From the NCBI RefSeq assembly GCF_006345805.1, contig NC_043011.1, positions 32,066,464 through 32,130,463 on the forward strand: DNA of 64,000 bases. The letters run 5' to 3'. Both the position numbers and the translations under genes were made by a program. Shown one piece after another: positions 12,975-24,960 of the stretch (position 1 is its first letter; each line of letters starts with the position of its first letter). The DNA is from Octopus sinensis (taxonomy: Eukaryota). The notes beneath the pieces were generated by a model. It was given only the letters and a program-made list of their open reading frames with translations, searched no databases and was not told where the DNA came from.

Positions 12975-13063
12975 ACGACCTACACACGTTTCTGCTGCAG
13001 CAACTGCTAACTGTTGCAAAAACAGTGTTGCAATATTGTTGGGGCAACTTCATCAGGGTTCGT
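12975..13063 (-). ncRNA. Minimal type-I hammerhead ribozyme motif, intact core
   Basis: Minus strand reads ACGAACC-CUGAUGA-A-GUUGC[...]GCAGC-A-GAAAC-GUGU-GUA/GGUCGU. Stem I is ACGA(A)CC:GGUCGU, stem II is GUUGC:GCAGC, stem III is 2 bp, and the cleavage triplet is GUA. Confidence 0.65.
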
Positions 13064-13183
13064 CCATCATTTGGTCATCCTCTAAGTGATCGTTGCGATT
13101 AGCTGTTAACAGGAACTTAACCAAGCACTAACATGGTATCCGCCTGGGTAATATATCCCTCCAAACTCACTTTTATTTACATT

Positions 13184-13223
<40 letters not shown>

Positions 13224-13257
13224 TATATATACTACACTTTGATATATATATATATAT

Positions 13258-13428
13258 TATTTATATTAAGGGCATTACTATACATAAATGCCTCATGCTA
13301 GGAGGGACTCTTAAGTCAAAACTACTATAATAACCACATTGTACAATGTGGTTATCAAAGTAGTTTTGACTTTAAGAGTCCCTCCTAGCGTGAGGCATTT
13401 ATGTATAGTAATGCCCTTAATATAAATA
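13258..13428. repeat. Near-perfect spacerless palindrome (85/86-bp arms, centre TGTACA)
   Basis: The arms differ by 3 substitutions and 1 indel. The palindrome abuts a (TA)n tract. Confidence 0.95.
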
Positions 13429-13850
13429 AATATACTTATAGGGAATAATGAATAAATTTTTCCCTTATGAGGTTTTTCACGATAATTACTTGATAAATTC
13501 TTATAAAGATTTTATCCTATATTTAAATTATATATATATATATATAATTAATGCTACAGGTTTAATAATACAAACAAGAAAAACAGAACTCAAAACATGT
13601 GTGCATATGTGTACATATATATATATATATATATTCAAGAGTCATATGCATGGCACTTATCAAACAGTGCCATCCATGAAACTCTCATGCTTCGAGTCTT
13701 TTTGTAGCTTCTGTAGATTAAAAATAATATAAGATATGTAATAAATGCTCATTATCTACCCTCATCAATTCTATTTGATAATGACTTGAGAATGGTTTAA
13801 GATTATATTTTGAGCACCATCAGTAAGTTATTTGAAATTTTGCCACTTAC

Positions 13851-13976
13851 CTGTATTCCTGAAACTGTAAAATAAGGAATTTCAAATTTGACTTGTATAG
13901 GGGGCTTGCCTTCTGAGTCCTCTCCAATAACACTTGGGAGACCAAAGTGAGCTCTCATCAAATATTCTTTCCCACC
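13851..13976 (-). CDS. AP1M1: AP-1 mu1 coding exon 9 (GGKEYLMRAHFGLPSVIGEDSEGKPPIQVKFEIPYFTVSGIQ)
   Basis: 126 nt, cag|GGT acceptor and CAG|gtaagt donor. Confidence 0.97.
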
Positions 13977-14099
13977 CTGAAATGTATAACAGCAGCACTT
14001 CAGTAAATGATGCACAACTAAACATAATTGTAATAATATCTATTTTAGGCACAACATAGCGTAAATCAATGTTAGTAATAGATTGACAGACATAGTTAA

Positions 14100-14316
14100 C
14101 CCTTTAGCATATATATATATATATACTGGCTATATCCAGCCCAAATGTTCTGTCAGTTTTATGTTCAAACAAACAAGATCTTGTGTATCACACTTACCTT
14201 ACAATGTCATTCTAAAAATAAACAATCACATCATTGAAATCTCAAAGGTACAAGATAATGCAAGTTTAATTCAAAGCGATGTGAATAAATAAGCATTACA
14301 TTTGACTGCTAAAGGG
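14100..14316. mobile_element. piggyBac-type MITE, family 1 (other copies at about 3535-3760, 5691-5879 plus 6850-6881, 20460-20670, 29339-29430, 31250-31445, 31730-32190)
   Basis: TTAA|CCCTTTAGCA ... TGCTAAAGGG|TTA(c) termini and a conserved internal sequence. Confidence 0.8.
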
Positions 14317-15762
14317 TTACTGTCTAGCAAAGTGAATCCATGAGGAAATGAGAGAAATTATAGCAGTACAATGTGATAAACAGAATGCATCGACAGTTGG
14401 ATAACCTATAACAACTAATAATAATAATATTGTAAAATGAATGAAGCAGTGTAGTAGAAGTTTGGCAGAAGATAGTGAAACCATTACAGCTGTTAGGAAA
14501 TGACAGTAAAAAAGAAACAAAAACAATAGAATTGTGTAATTCGTGTCAACATTGAACCAGTAAAAACAATGCTATCAACATTGATGAAACCATTACAAGT
14601 GCATTATACAGCTATTTTGTATTGAAATATACAGTCTTAAACAACTGAAACATAGTTTTTTTTTATTCTTTAAACTATGCTAATTTTTCACACCTACTTG
14701 TATACAATACAGTAAATTACTTAATGATTCTTTCGTCTGCAGAAAGTATGAGGTGAGTCTGTGCTTTGTTGAGGTCTAAAAAGACCAAAACATATTCAGA
14801 GTTGTCTGTTGTACTTAATGGAATATTTAAAATATTAACTATTAACACGGTATCTTCCTTCCTACATAATTATTTTCCAATTAACTTTTTAATGCCTATT
14901 GCATTAAACAATATAGAAACATTAACTTGATTTTCTATCAATTGTATGCAAAAATGTATCGTATTGGACACATAAGCAAGACAGTTAATTCCGTTTTCCT
15001 TGATAGACTGTAGTTTCACGAGCAGCTTTTGCATATATTTTCTCTATATTATTAAACAGATTGCAAAGGCATGGCTATATGGTAAATAAGTTTGGTTCCC
15101 AACCATGTGGTTTCAGGTTCAATCTCACTGCAAGGCATCTTGAGAAGGTCTCTTCTATGATAACCTTGGACCAACCAAAGCTTTATGAGTGAATCTGATT
15201 GACAGAAAGTGAAAGACACACATTGTATATGTATCTGTGTGTGTCTTCTTGATTTGACATCAAGCAATAGTTGTAAACAAGCATCACTGTTGTTTAACAG
15301 TTTTATTTTCTATCTTCCATGAAAACACGCCCTGCTATTTAGAAATATTACCTTGCTTGGAAACAGCTAAGGATTGTGCTATAAATTATAATATCCTGTC
15401 ATAAATTCCTTTCTACAATAGTAAATAATAGATAAAAATATACATATCTTATTTTGTATTGAGTACAAAAATGCAGCATAGTGTCAAATGATATTGATAG
15501 ATGGATACTATCTTTGCTTAATATAAAACAATGCATCTTAATCGTTGGACAGCTGTGATTAACAGATTAAATGGCGAGCAGAATAAAGTTTGAATAAAAG
15601 CCTTCTCTGAATTGGTTTTTGACAGATTGGCAACATAAAGAGCATCCAGCCATAGAAAATCTGCCTCAACAAATTCCAAGTGACCCATGCAAAAATGTGG
15701 ATATTAGAATGATGATAATACAGAACAAAAGAAAAATACGATCAAAATACATCAATACTCAC

Positions 15763-15921
15763 GGGAAAAGATTTTATTGTCCAGATAACAGCATTTAATT
15801 CTGGGGTATATTTGCAGCTTCCAACAGTAGTCTTGAATTTAGGGGAGTCAGCATCTTGTGGGACTGGAATGATGATTTCCACATTGTTCGCTGTGGAACG
15901 GCGCTTGAACTGACTTTTAGC
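15763..15921 (-). CDS. AP1M1: AP-1 mu1 coding exon 8 (AKSQFKRRSTANNVEIIIPVPQDADSPKFKTTVGSCKYTPELNAVIWTIKSFP)
   Basis: 159 nt, aaag|GCT acceptor (weak pyrimidine tract) and CCC|gtgagt donor. Not in the ORF track. Confidence 0.96.
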
Positions 15922-17352
15922 CTTTTAAACATAACCAAACAATTCATGAAACAGTCACTTTAACGAATTTTAAATCACTGATTTCAAACCAACTTATTAC
16001 ATCATATCACAGACAACAAGAAAGAACGTGGACTTGATCATAACACATTAACTGATGTTCTTCAGCACTCAGTGGAAGTGGTGGAGTATCTCACAGCCAT
16101 GTTGTAGGCTAATAGAGGCTATTAATGTTCGTTATTTTTGTTTGTATGTAGGGATTTTTAAAGATTTTGGGGGATTAAGTAGGAGGAATGTTGTTATAAT
16201 TTTACTTTAGGATGCAGTTGTAGTTGTGTTCTAAAGTTCTCTATATTTCTCGGTATTTGAAGGTGAAACAGTTGAAGATGAAGCTTGCTACAGCAACAAA
16301 CACAACTTCTCACCTGTTCAGGTGGGTTTTTATTTTCAGCAATCTTGTTTTGTTGGCTATGATGCATAGTGAGACGTTTGGTATAGTTTATTGTGAATTG
16401 TGAGTTCATATAGACTAACAAAATTCATGATGAATCTAATGTATTGTTTCTACACCACTGCTGGGATTTCTTTCTACTAGGTAAATACAATATTTGTTAT
16501 TATTCTAAGTATGTTTAAGGCAGCAAGTTGGCAGAATCGTTAGCATCCTGGGCAAAATACAAAATGGTATTTCATCTGTCTTTACGTTGAGTTCAAATTC
16601 TGCAGAGGTCAACTCTGCCTTTCATCCTTTTTTGGGGTCGATAATTTAAGTACCAGTGAAACACTGGGGTCAATGTAATCAACTAGTCCCCTCCCCCAAA
16701 TTTTCAGGCCTTGTGGCTTTAGTAGAAAGGATTATTCTAAATATGTTCCTGCAATGTGTATTGTGAATGTGGAAGCGCACCATCTAACTCCTAGTATGCG
16801 TGGTATATTTATGTTGTTGAGTGTGATGGTTGATTATATATGATGTTCTCAAGAGTGCTGGCAAGGAGGGAAAACATTGAATTTTGCAGGTGCTAATTTA
16901 ATAGTACATTATGTTGGGGTTGACTAACTGAATCTCATCACATCATTTAAGTTATAAGGAAATTTCACTGATATATTTTAATTTATATATGAACACTTGA
17001 GTACAGGTAATCTCCAGAATGTTGATATTAAAAAGTATTAAAAGGGTTAACATTGCCTCTATATCTGAGTCCCTATTGATTCAAGCCACTTTTAATATTA
17101 ATACTTTTAATCTTGCATCCACACATACCTACAATTAAATAAATAAAAAATAAGTGATCATATTTATAACATTACGAATAGCACAACAGTCAACTGACTC
17201 AAACATATTCTGCTCTTCTAATTAAACATATTTATAAGCTACTCGTGGATGTGTGAGTTATAGGTATCCCTGGAAAGGAATAAACTGTAGAATATATTAC
17301 AAAGTAATTTAATACGTGTTTCAAAACCAAACCAATACAAATATCATCTTAC

Positions 17353-17424
17353 TTTAATCATATATTCGACACGGCTATGGGCGTGACGTTCAATCACAGA
17401 CTCAACCCAAATCAGAGGTTTCAC
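17353..17424 (-). CDS. AP1M1: AP-1 mu1 coding exon 7 (VKPLIWVESVIERHAHSRVEYMIK)
   Basis: 72 nt, cag|GTG acceptor and AAA|gtaaga donor. Not in the ORF track. Confidence 0.96.
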
Positions 17425-17699
17425 CTGGAAAACAGACAAGTGAATTGATCATCAGGTTTTATAAAACATGCAAGGAGATCAGATGATAATTATTTATTAT
17501 CTTGAAATTTTATTTTGAAGCAGAGTGTAATGATAAAACAAATAGTAAAATATTTCTCGATTAACGAATCACAATCTTGTTAGATTGTAATTAAAATTAT
17601 GAAAATCATAATTTGATACGTTAAAGTCACCATGTGTAAATAACTTTAAATGTCAACATCACATCAAAAAATCATGTTTATTGACATACACTGAACTTA

Positions 17700-18065
17700 A
17701 CATATGCTCCCTTCTATACTTTCAATGGTGATGGTGACCCCCTTCAGTCAGACACTGACCATGGGTTTGCACCTAGAGAGTTACCCTCTGAGGCACAAGT
17801 CTGGGCAAAGTTGTTTTATGGAAGACCTGCAGTTGCCCATGCATACCGGCCTCCCCTCTCCACGTTACCGATGTTGTCCAAGGGAAAGGCAAGGGCCAAT
17901 ACAGCTTGGCACCTGTGACGTCGCAACTCATTTCTACAGCTGAGTGAACTGGAGCAACGGAAAATAAAGTGTCTTGCTCAAGAATACAACACGCAGCCCG
18001 GTCTGGGATTCGAGCTCACAACCTCACGATCGTAAGCTCAACGTTCTAACCACTGAGCCACGCGA
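17700..18065 (-). mobile_element. tRNA-derived SINE, family D (second copy at about 39020-39325)
   Basis: Minus-strand head GTGGCTCAGTGGTTAGAACGTTGAGCTTACGATCGTGAGGTTGTGAGCTCGAATCCC has A and B boxes. The body is shared with the 39 kb copy. Confidence 0.8.
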
Positions 18066-21000
18066 GAATCCTATGTATAATATGTACTCTCATTAAGGAC
18101 CTACTGCAACTGCTGGTTAAGTCAGTTGCTGGGGTACTGGAGTAGCAAATTGTTGTTAGTTTCCATCTTGTCATCTGTGCTGAATCCATGACAAAATATT
18201 TAATTCTCCATGGCCTAACCAACCTGTTTGAAAATAGATATGATGAGGTAGTCCAGCTTACAAGCTTAGGAACTAGTGGAAGCACTATAAAATTGACAAG
18301 TGTTTCTTTACTTTGTAGAGCTGAGTTCAGTTCTTGCTGTTTAGTCCACAAAACCCTCTTGATAGAACAGACCTATAATCAATGACATTCCAGACATGAC
18401 CAACCTGTCCTTATGTATATGTAAGACTATACTGTCCAATGTGTTCTTCCTTTTTTAAGACAGTAGGGTGAGATTTGAAGAAATTCGACTGCTATTTCTA
18501 GCAGGTCAAGTGACTGTATAGAAGCTCCTTTGTTGTGTTTTTTATTTTTTTGTTAGTTCTATACATGAGTAATTTGGTGAAAAAAATGAAGTGTTGAGTT
18601 AAAAATAATAATCAACAATAAATAACAATTAATGCAATAAAAGAATCATTACAAGATATCTTGAGAAGTTCAAAATAACTTTAAAACAATTTTCTTTTCA
18701 TTGGTCTTGCAACATTTTCAGACAATATTGAAATAACTTAATCACATCATCTGAAAGATTTTTTTTTGTTTAGCCCTAGGTCAACCCTGACTGAGCAGAC
18801 CTATAATCAAAATCATTCCAGTTGTGACCATCTCATTTTTTTTTTGTGTGTGTATCCAAAACTACTACATTACACAATATTGTTATTTTTTTCTTCAGAA
18901 ATGGCAGGATGTGATTAGAAGCAGCTTTGACTTCTGTTTGTAGCATATCAAGTGACTGTGTAAAGACTTCCTCTCTAGCTTGCCTGAAAGATGTCATGTA
19001 AAAATTAATCTGATGAATTCATCAAGATGTTCCACTTGAATAGTTTTAAACTTTCCAAATAATGTCCTCCAACATTGATATCAATTGCTTAAAGCTTATT
19101 TCACAAATAACAAAGATTTTCTACTTGGATTGTCATGAAATAGTGAACAAGTTGCTTAGGCAAGAGTCTTTTACTATGTATAGCCCTGGGTCGACTCAAG
19201 CCTTGTGAATGAATTTGGTTGACAGACACTGAAAAAGAAGCCCATTGTAGTGTGTGTGTGTGTGTGTGTAGTTTTGGGTTCTGTCCCACTGCTTGGCACC
19301 TTGGGCAAGTGTCTACTACAAAAGCTTTGCGAGTGGATCTGGTAGTCAGAAACTGACTACCACTAAAAGGCAGCGAGCTGGCAACAGTGTTAGCATGCCA
19401 GGCAAAATGCTTAGTGGTATTTCGTCTGCCACTACGTTCTGAGTTCAAATTCTGCCGAGGTCAACTTTGCCTTTCAACCTTTCAGGATCGATTAAATAAG
19501 TACCAGTTACGCACTGGAGTCGATATAATCGACTTAATCCATTTGTCTGTCCTTGTTTGTCCCCTCTGTGTTTAGCCCCTTGTGGGTAGTAAAGAAATAA
19601 TAAACTGAAAGAAGTCCATTGTATATATATATATATATATATATATGCATGTGTGTGTGTGTTTGTGTATCACTGCTAACACAGTAGAACAAGGTACTGA
19701 CTTACAAAAATGTTTAATATACTTTGTAATATATCATGGTTGCATAATGAAATACTATGCCCCTACAAATCATTTATATATATATATATATATATATGTA
19801 TATTTTTTATGCATGTATGTGTTACTGTCTCCTTGCCTTGACATTGCTTAATAGCTGCCAAAGTGTGTCACCATCATGCAAATGGTGTCTCTCATTCCCA
19901 ATCTTCCATGAAAACATGTCTGGTCATGGGGAAATATTACTTTACTTGGAAACAGGTGAAGGTTGGTGACAGGAAAGGCATCCAGCTGTAGAAAATCTGC
20001 ATCAACAAATTCTGTGTTCAGCTCATGTGAGCATGGGGAAGTGAACATTAAAACGACGACGATGATGATGATGATGATGGTGACATATGTACATGTGTGT
20101 GTGTGTGTATCGTTCGTTTACATCTGCACTTGCTTATTTGAAAGTCATGTTGTTTGTTCGTATGGTGTTCTTGTTGGCATTTCTCCTGTCAATAAGTTGC
20201 TCATTCGCTTCATGGCTTTGAAGTCATATGGAAGACGAGATCCCTTACTTGAAAAATAGGTGAAGATTAACATCAGGAAAGGGCATCCAGCTATAAAAAT
20301 AATGCCTCGATAACATGTAAGTCAAAATCTGATCCATACTAGCATGGGGGAGGAAAAAAAAATGACCTAAAAACAAATGAACAACCGAAGTGTATGAAGC
20401 GTCACTTTTGAAATTATATTTAAATTTTTGACAAAAATTGTAAATACTGAATAGAATTTCAGCTTAACATTTTAGCTTTTAAACTGACCATATCCTGCCT
20501 GAATATTCTATGTTTTACGTTCAAATTGGCCAGATTCAAACTCTCATACCTGCCCAAAAACCAAACAGTTATAGCACTGAAATTTCAAAGCTACAAGATA
20601 ATGCATGATTAATTTGAAACACTGAATAGTTAAGCATTACAGTTGATAGAATAATGATAAGGGATTAAATGCTGAAAGATTGAAGTGATGAAATAATTTC
20701 TTTCAATAGGCACAAGCATGGCTGTGTGGTAAGAAGTTTGCTCCCCAACCACATGGTTCCAGGTTCAGTCCCACTGCACGGTGCGTTGGGCAAGTACCTT
20801 CTACTATAGCCTCAGGCCAACCAAGCCCTTGTGAGTAGATTTGGTAGACGGAAACTGAAAGAAGCTTCTGAGTGTGTGTGTGTGGTTGTGTTTGTCCCCT
20901 GACACCACTTGACAATCAGTGTTAGTGCACTTATGTCCCCTTAACTTAGCAGTTCAGCAAAAGAGATTGACAGAATAAGTACCAGACTTCAAAATGACTA

Positions 21001-21178
21001 GTGGTGGGGATTAATTCAACTAAAAATTCCTCAAGGCGGTGCTCCAGCATGGCTGCAGCTTAAGGACTAAAACAAGTAAAAGAACAAAAGTGAGGGTGGG
21101 GGGGAACAGGTTAAAAGCAAGAAAGAGAAACATACACAAAAAAAAACAAGAAAAACAAAAAAAAAAGATGATATTTAC

Positions 21179-21321
21179 ATGAGTGGTTAAGCGGTAAGAC
21201 ATAAGTTCAAATTCTCCATCTGGTGGAATGAAGGAGATGGTGCGATCATTTTCAAATCTTGACAACCGAACGCATTGATGGAATTTCACATCTTCCAGCT
21301 CCACAGACTTGCTTTTTCCTC
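21179..21321 (-). CDS. AP1M1: AP-1 mu1 coding exon 6 ([48 protein letters not shown])
   Basis: 143 nt, tag|GA acceptor and CAT|gtaaat donor. Contains the FHQCVRL...[16 protein letters not shown] signature. Confidence 0.97.
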
Positions 21322-21589
21322 CTACATTGGGTGTTAATGAAGAAAAATAAATTAAAAAGACAAAAGCGAGCCTTAAAACTAAGAGGAGACCTTTCCACAT
21401 CGGAATTAACTTTACATACATATACAAGCACAGTTATGTGGTTAAAAATTTTAGTTTGCAACCATATACACCATTTCAGGTTCAGTCTCTCTGCATGCCA
21501 CCACGAGCAAGCATCCTCTACTATAAGCCCCTAGCCAACCAATGCCTTATGGGTGAACTTGGCAGATGGAAACAAAGTGGAAGTGTGTT

Positions 21590-21627
<38 letters not shown>

Positions 21628-22877
21628 ATGCGTGTGTCTTTGGGTTTGTCCCCATCACTTCTTGGCAACTGGCGTTGGTTTGCTTACATCCCTGTTACCA
21701 AGTGGTTTGGCAAGACACTGATAGCTTGAGGACCAGTCTTAGAAATAAGTACTAAGGTGGTTGATTTGTTCAATTAAAACATTCATGGTAATATCTCAAT
21801 GACTGAAACAAGCAAATACACACACACACACACACGAATACACACACATATCACAAAGTCAAAGCACCATAGATTTGTCAGCTCTCTTTCTTTTTTACTT
21901 CCCTTCACCCTCTTCAGTAATTTCTCAGATTTATATTTTAATATAACAAATATTAAATAATTCTTTATTAAAATCAGTAAACTCATAAAATGTTTTTGCT
22001 TTCCTTCCCATCTGAGATTTTCTATTAAATACACACAAACTTTCTTGTAAGCTGATCCATTTTATTAAGAAGTAATTTAGCGAATATGAGTTCAAGGCAC
22101 AGGCATGGCTGTATGGTTGAGAAGTTTGCTTCCCCACTATATGGTTGCAGGTTCAGTCCCACTGTGTGGCACCTTGGTCAAGTATCTTTTGCTACAGTCT
22201 CAGGCTGACCAAAGCTTTGTGAAACAGAAACTGAGGGAAGCCTGTCTTGCATGCATGAGAGTTGATGTCTCCTTGTCTTGACAATGTATCATCATCATCA
22301 TCATCGTTTAGCGTCCGCTTTCCATGCTAGCATGACAGTTGTAAATGAGTGTCACTGTCAAAAAGCATCCATTTTCAATCTTCCAGCGAAGCAGGTGAAA
22401 TTTGGTGACAGGAAAGGTATCCACAGGTAGAAAATCTACTTCAAGAAATTCAATCTGACTCATGCAGATATGGAAAAGTTGATGTTAAAACAATGAAATG
22501 ATAACAACTCCAAACATATAAAAAACATTTGTCCTAGTGGATATTTATCTGTGTGAGATGCTTCTCTTTTATGTGATTGACTGGTGAAGCATGTTATATC
22601 AAATTACATGGATTATATTTATTTCCTTCATACAAGAAATGGTTATATGAGAGTTATAAAAACTAACAATAATACAGAATTTAACATCTTATTACAGTGA
22701 TAATTTTATGAATTTCAACTAGTAAAAACACACTTTAATAACATTAAAATATTTTGTCAACAAAACTGAACACTAAAGATATCTTTAACTCAAATACCAC
22801 ATGACCTCAAACACAACTATATTTACATCATATATAAACAAACATAAGTTTGTTTTTTGAAGCGTTGAAATGTATTA

Positions 22878-23103
22878 TAGACCAAGTAGTAAAATTAATT
22901 TTTTTCAACACATAAATACTGAACAGTATATATAAAAGATAAAATCCTTTTAAGAGCAGAAAAGTTTGCTGGCAACCAGCCATGCGGTTCGATCCACATG
23001 GCTGGTTGGCGGCAAATTTTTCTGCTCTTAAAAGGATTTTATCCTTTATATATACTGTTCAGTATTTACATGTTGAAAAAAATTTATCTTTCTACTTGTT
23101 CTA
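22878..23103. repeat. Long inverted repeat / hairpin MITE-like element in AP1M1 intron 5
   Basis: Arms of about 107 bp at roughly 90% identity around a 12-nt loop CGGTTCGATCCA (22985-22996). Confidence 0.85.
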
Positions 23104-23624
23104 CAGCTATATTTTTATTCATAGTTCCACTTTGCTATTGAATCTATCATATTAAAATAAGATATACAGAATGAATTAAACATGAACGGTTGCACATTAG
23201 CCATAATGACCAAAGACACCTGGGTACTTTCATCAGAGGTTGACTACAAAGTAAAGTACAGTTATCAGAGTGCTTTTGCTGTTTACAACAGTAACGTGTA
23301 CTAACCAGTCAATAATATCAATTGATAGTTAAGTAGACTGAATTCGCAATAGGGTGTTAGCCATAGACATAATGCAATGCAGGAGATGGAGTATCGAATT
23401 TCATTGTTTTGGACACTAATCTGGCAGCCACTTTAGCACATAAAATCTCATACAAGAGAGTTTCATATAAAATCTCACAATAAGTTCTTTTCAAGTGAGA
23501 AAAGTAGACTATTTTCTTCAAGCTGCATGCAAATCAGACAAAGAGATTACACATACACACAGTACTAAGTTTCAAAACCAGTAATACAAGACATGACAAC
23601 CAAGAATATGCTGTAAAAACTTAC

Positions 23625-23751
23625 TTCCAGTACTCTCAAAGAGCACTTTATCGTTGAGACCAAGTCGAAGCTCTGGCATCCCAGACAGATAAACTCGCAT
23701 CTTGATGCAGCCAACAATTTCACTACGCAAAACATTGCCGTTAGCACTCAC
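23625..23751 (-). CDS. AP1M1: AP-1 mu1 coding exon 5 (VSANGNVLRSEIVGCIKMRVYLSGMPELRLGLNDKVLFESTG)
   Basis: 127 nt, tag|GTG acceptor and A|gtaagt donor. Contains the LSGMPELRLGLND signature. Confidence 0.97.
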
Positions 23752-23884
23752 CTAATGAATGAAAATTAAGAGTACTGACAAACTCTTCAAAAATTGTTTG
23801 GGGGAATTTTCAACTAAATAGAGGGTATATAGTTTTTAATTTACATCAAATTTTTCAGCATTTGACATTGGTGAAATGGGTTAC

Positions 23885-24960
23885 ACCTATTCTTTATCTG
23901 AAGTAGCTAGTTTCTACACAGAAAGTCAACATTTCCCTAAAGTTTTCTATTGGTATACCAGTGTGATCTTTTATAGAGGTATCCATTACTAGTTTGTCTT
24001 GAATCACTGAGTGCTTCACTGAGACTTTGGTAAATAAACTTATCACATCTAGACTAACCATCTGGTTAGATCCAATAGGAGTATCTTTGATCAATTCTGT
24101 GAAGTGTGTGGAATTCTTGACATATGATGTTGACTTACCAGCTAATAGACTGATTATATTCACAAGGAAACAGTTCAGTGGATGACATGCCGAACCTCTA
24201 CAGCTCACTATAGGTCTTAATAGAATACCATCCTTGTGAATCTTAGAGAGTCCATACATATGTGGCAATTTAGTGTTGGATCAGTTGTCTGCACTTCCTT
24301 AGTATGAAGTGATCCTAGTTCTTGATTAAGATCTGTGACAACTTCCTCTCTATTTTCAGAGTCTTTCTTTATTTTGCTGTAGATACTATTACTTATAATT
24401 TTTCCGAGTATTCAGACTTGTTCAGCACCACCGTAGGATTGCCCTTGTCTGCTGGAAGTATTATAGTTGTAATGTTTTAATAGCGAACTTTTCTTCTTTA
24501 GTGATGTTTGGTTTGGGAAATTTCGCTTTCTCTAGTACCTGTATCACTTTCCACCCTAGTTCTGAGATTTTGGTATCTTTATGGCTACCTCCTGAATAGG
24601 GACTATTATGTCCAAATATGGAATACGCTTGATGGTTGTCACAAAGTTGAGACCTTCATTTAATACTGCTTCTTCAGAGTTGTCCAGATGTCAGCTACTT
24701 ACATTAATTACTGCTTTCAAAGCTGGGTGATGAACTTCCGTCTTTATTCTCTGACCTTTGAGCTTCATAAGCTTCTTAATCTGGCATGTCTTCACCTTTT
24801 CAAATTCTTTCTAGAATGACTTTTCTAGATCTTGTTGGATTTTCTCTCTGTCATCATCTCTGGTTATTCTCCCAAGTAATGAAGATAACCTGTCTCTGAT
24901 TTTGTTATTTAGTTGATATTTTTACCAACGGTTATAATGGATCCTTTCACAGACGAGGGC
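23885..24960 (-). mobile_element. Penelope-like retroelement reverse transcriptase relic (frameshifted)
   Basis: Translated pieces KPNITKEEKFAIKTL, ILPADKGNPTVVLNK, PHMYGLSKIHKDGILLRPIVS and LDVISLFTKV follow the PLE RT motif order. Confidence 0.85.

Noticed and set aside
17395-17462. Minus-strand CTGATGA…GAAAC spanning the exon 7 acceptor
   Set aside because: No stem I or canonical stem II pairing; GAAAC comes from the Val-Lys-Pro codons.
21020-21427. 135-aa ORF suggesting a longer exon 6
   Set aside because: Only 21179-21321 matches mu1; the rest is intron and SINE read-through beyond canonical splice sites.
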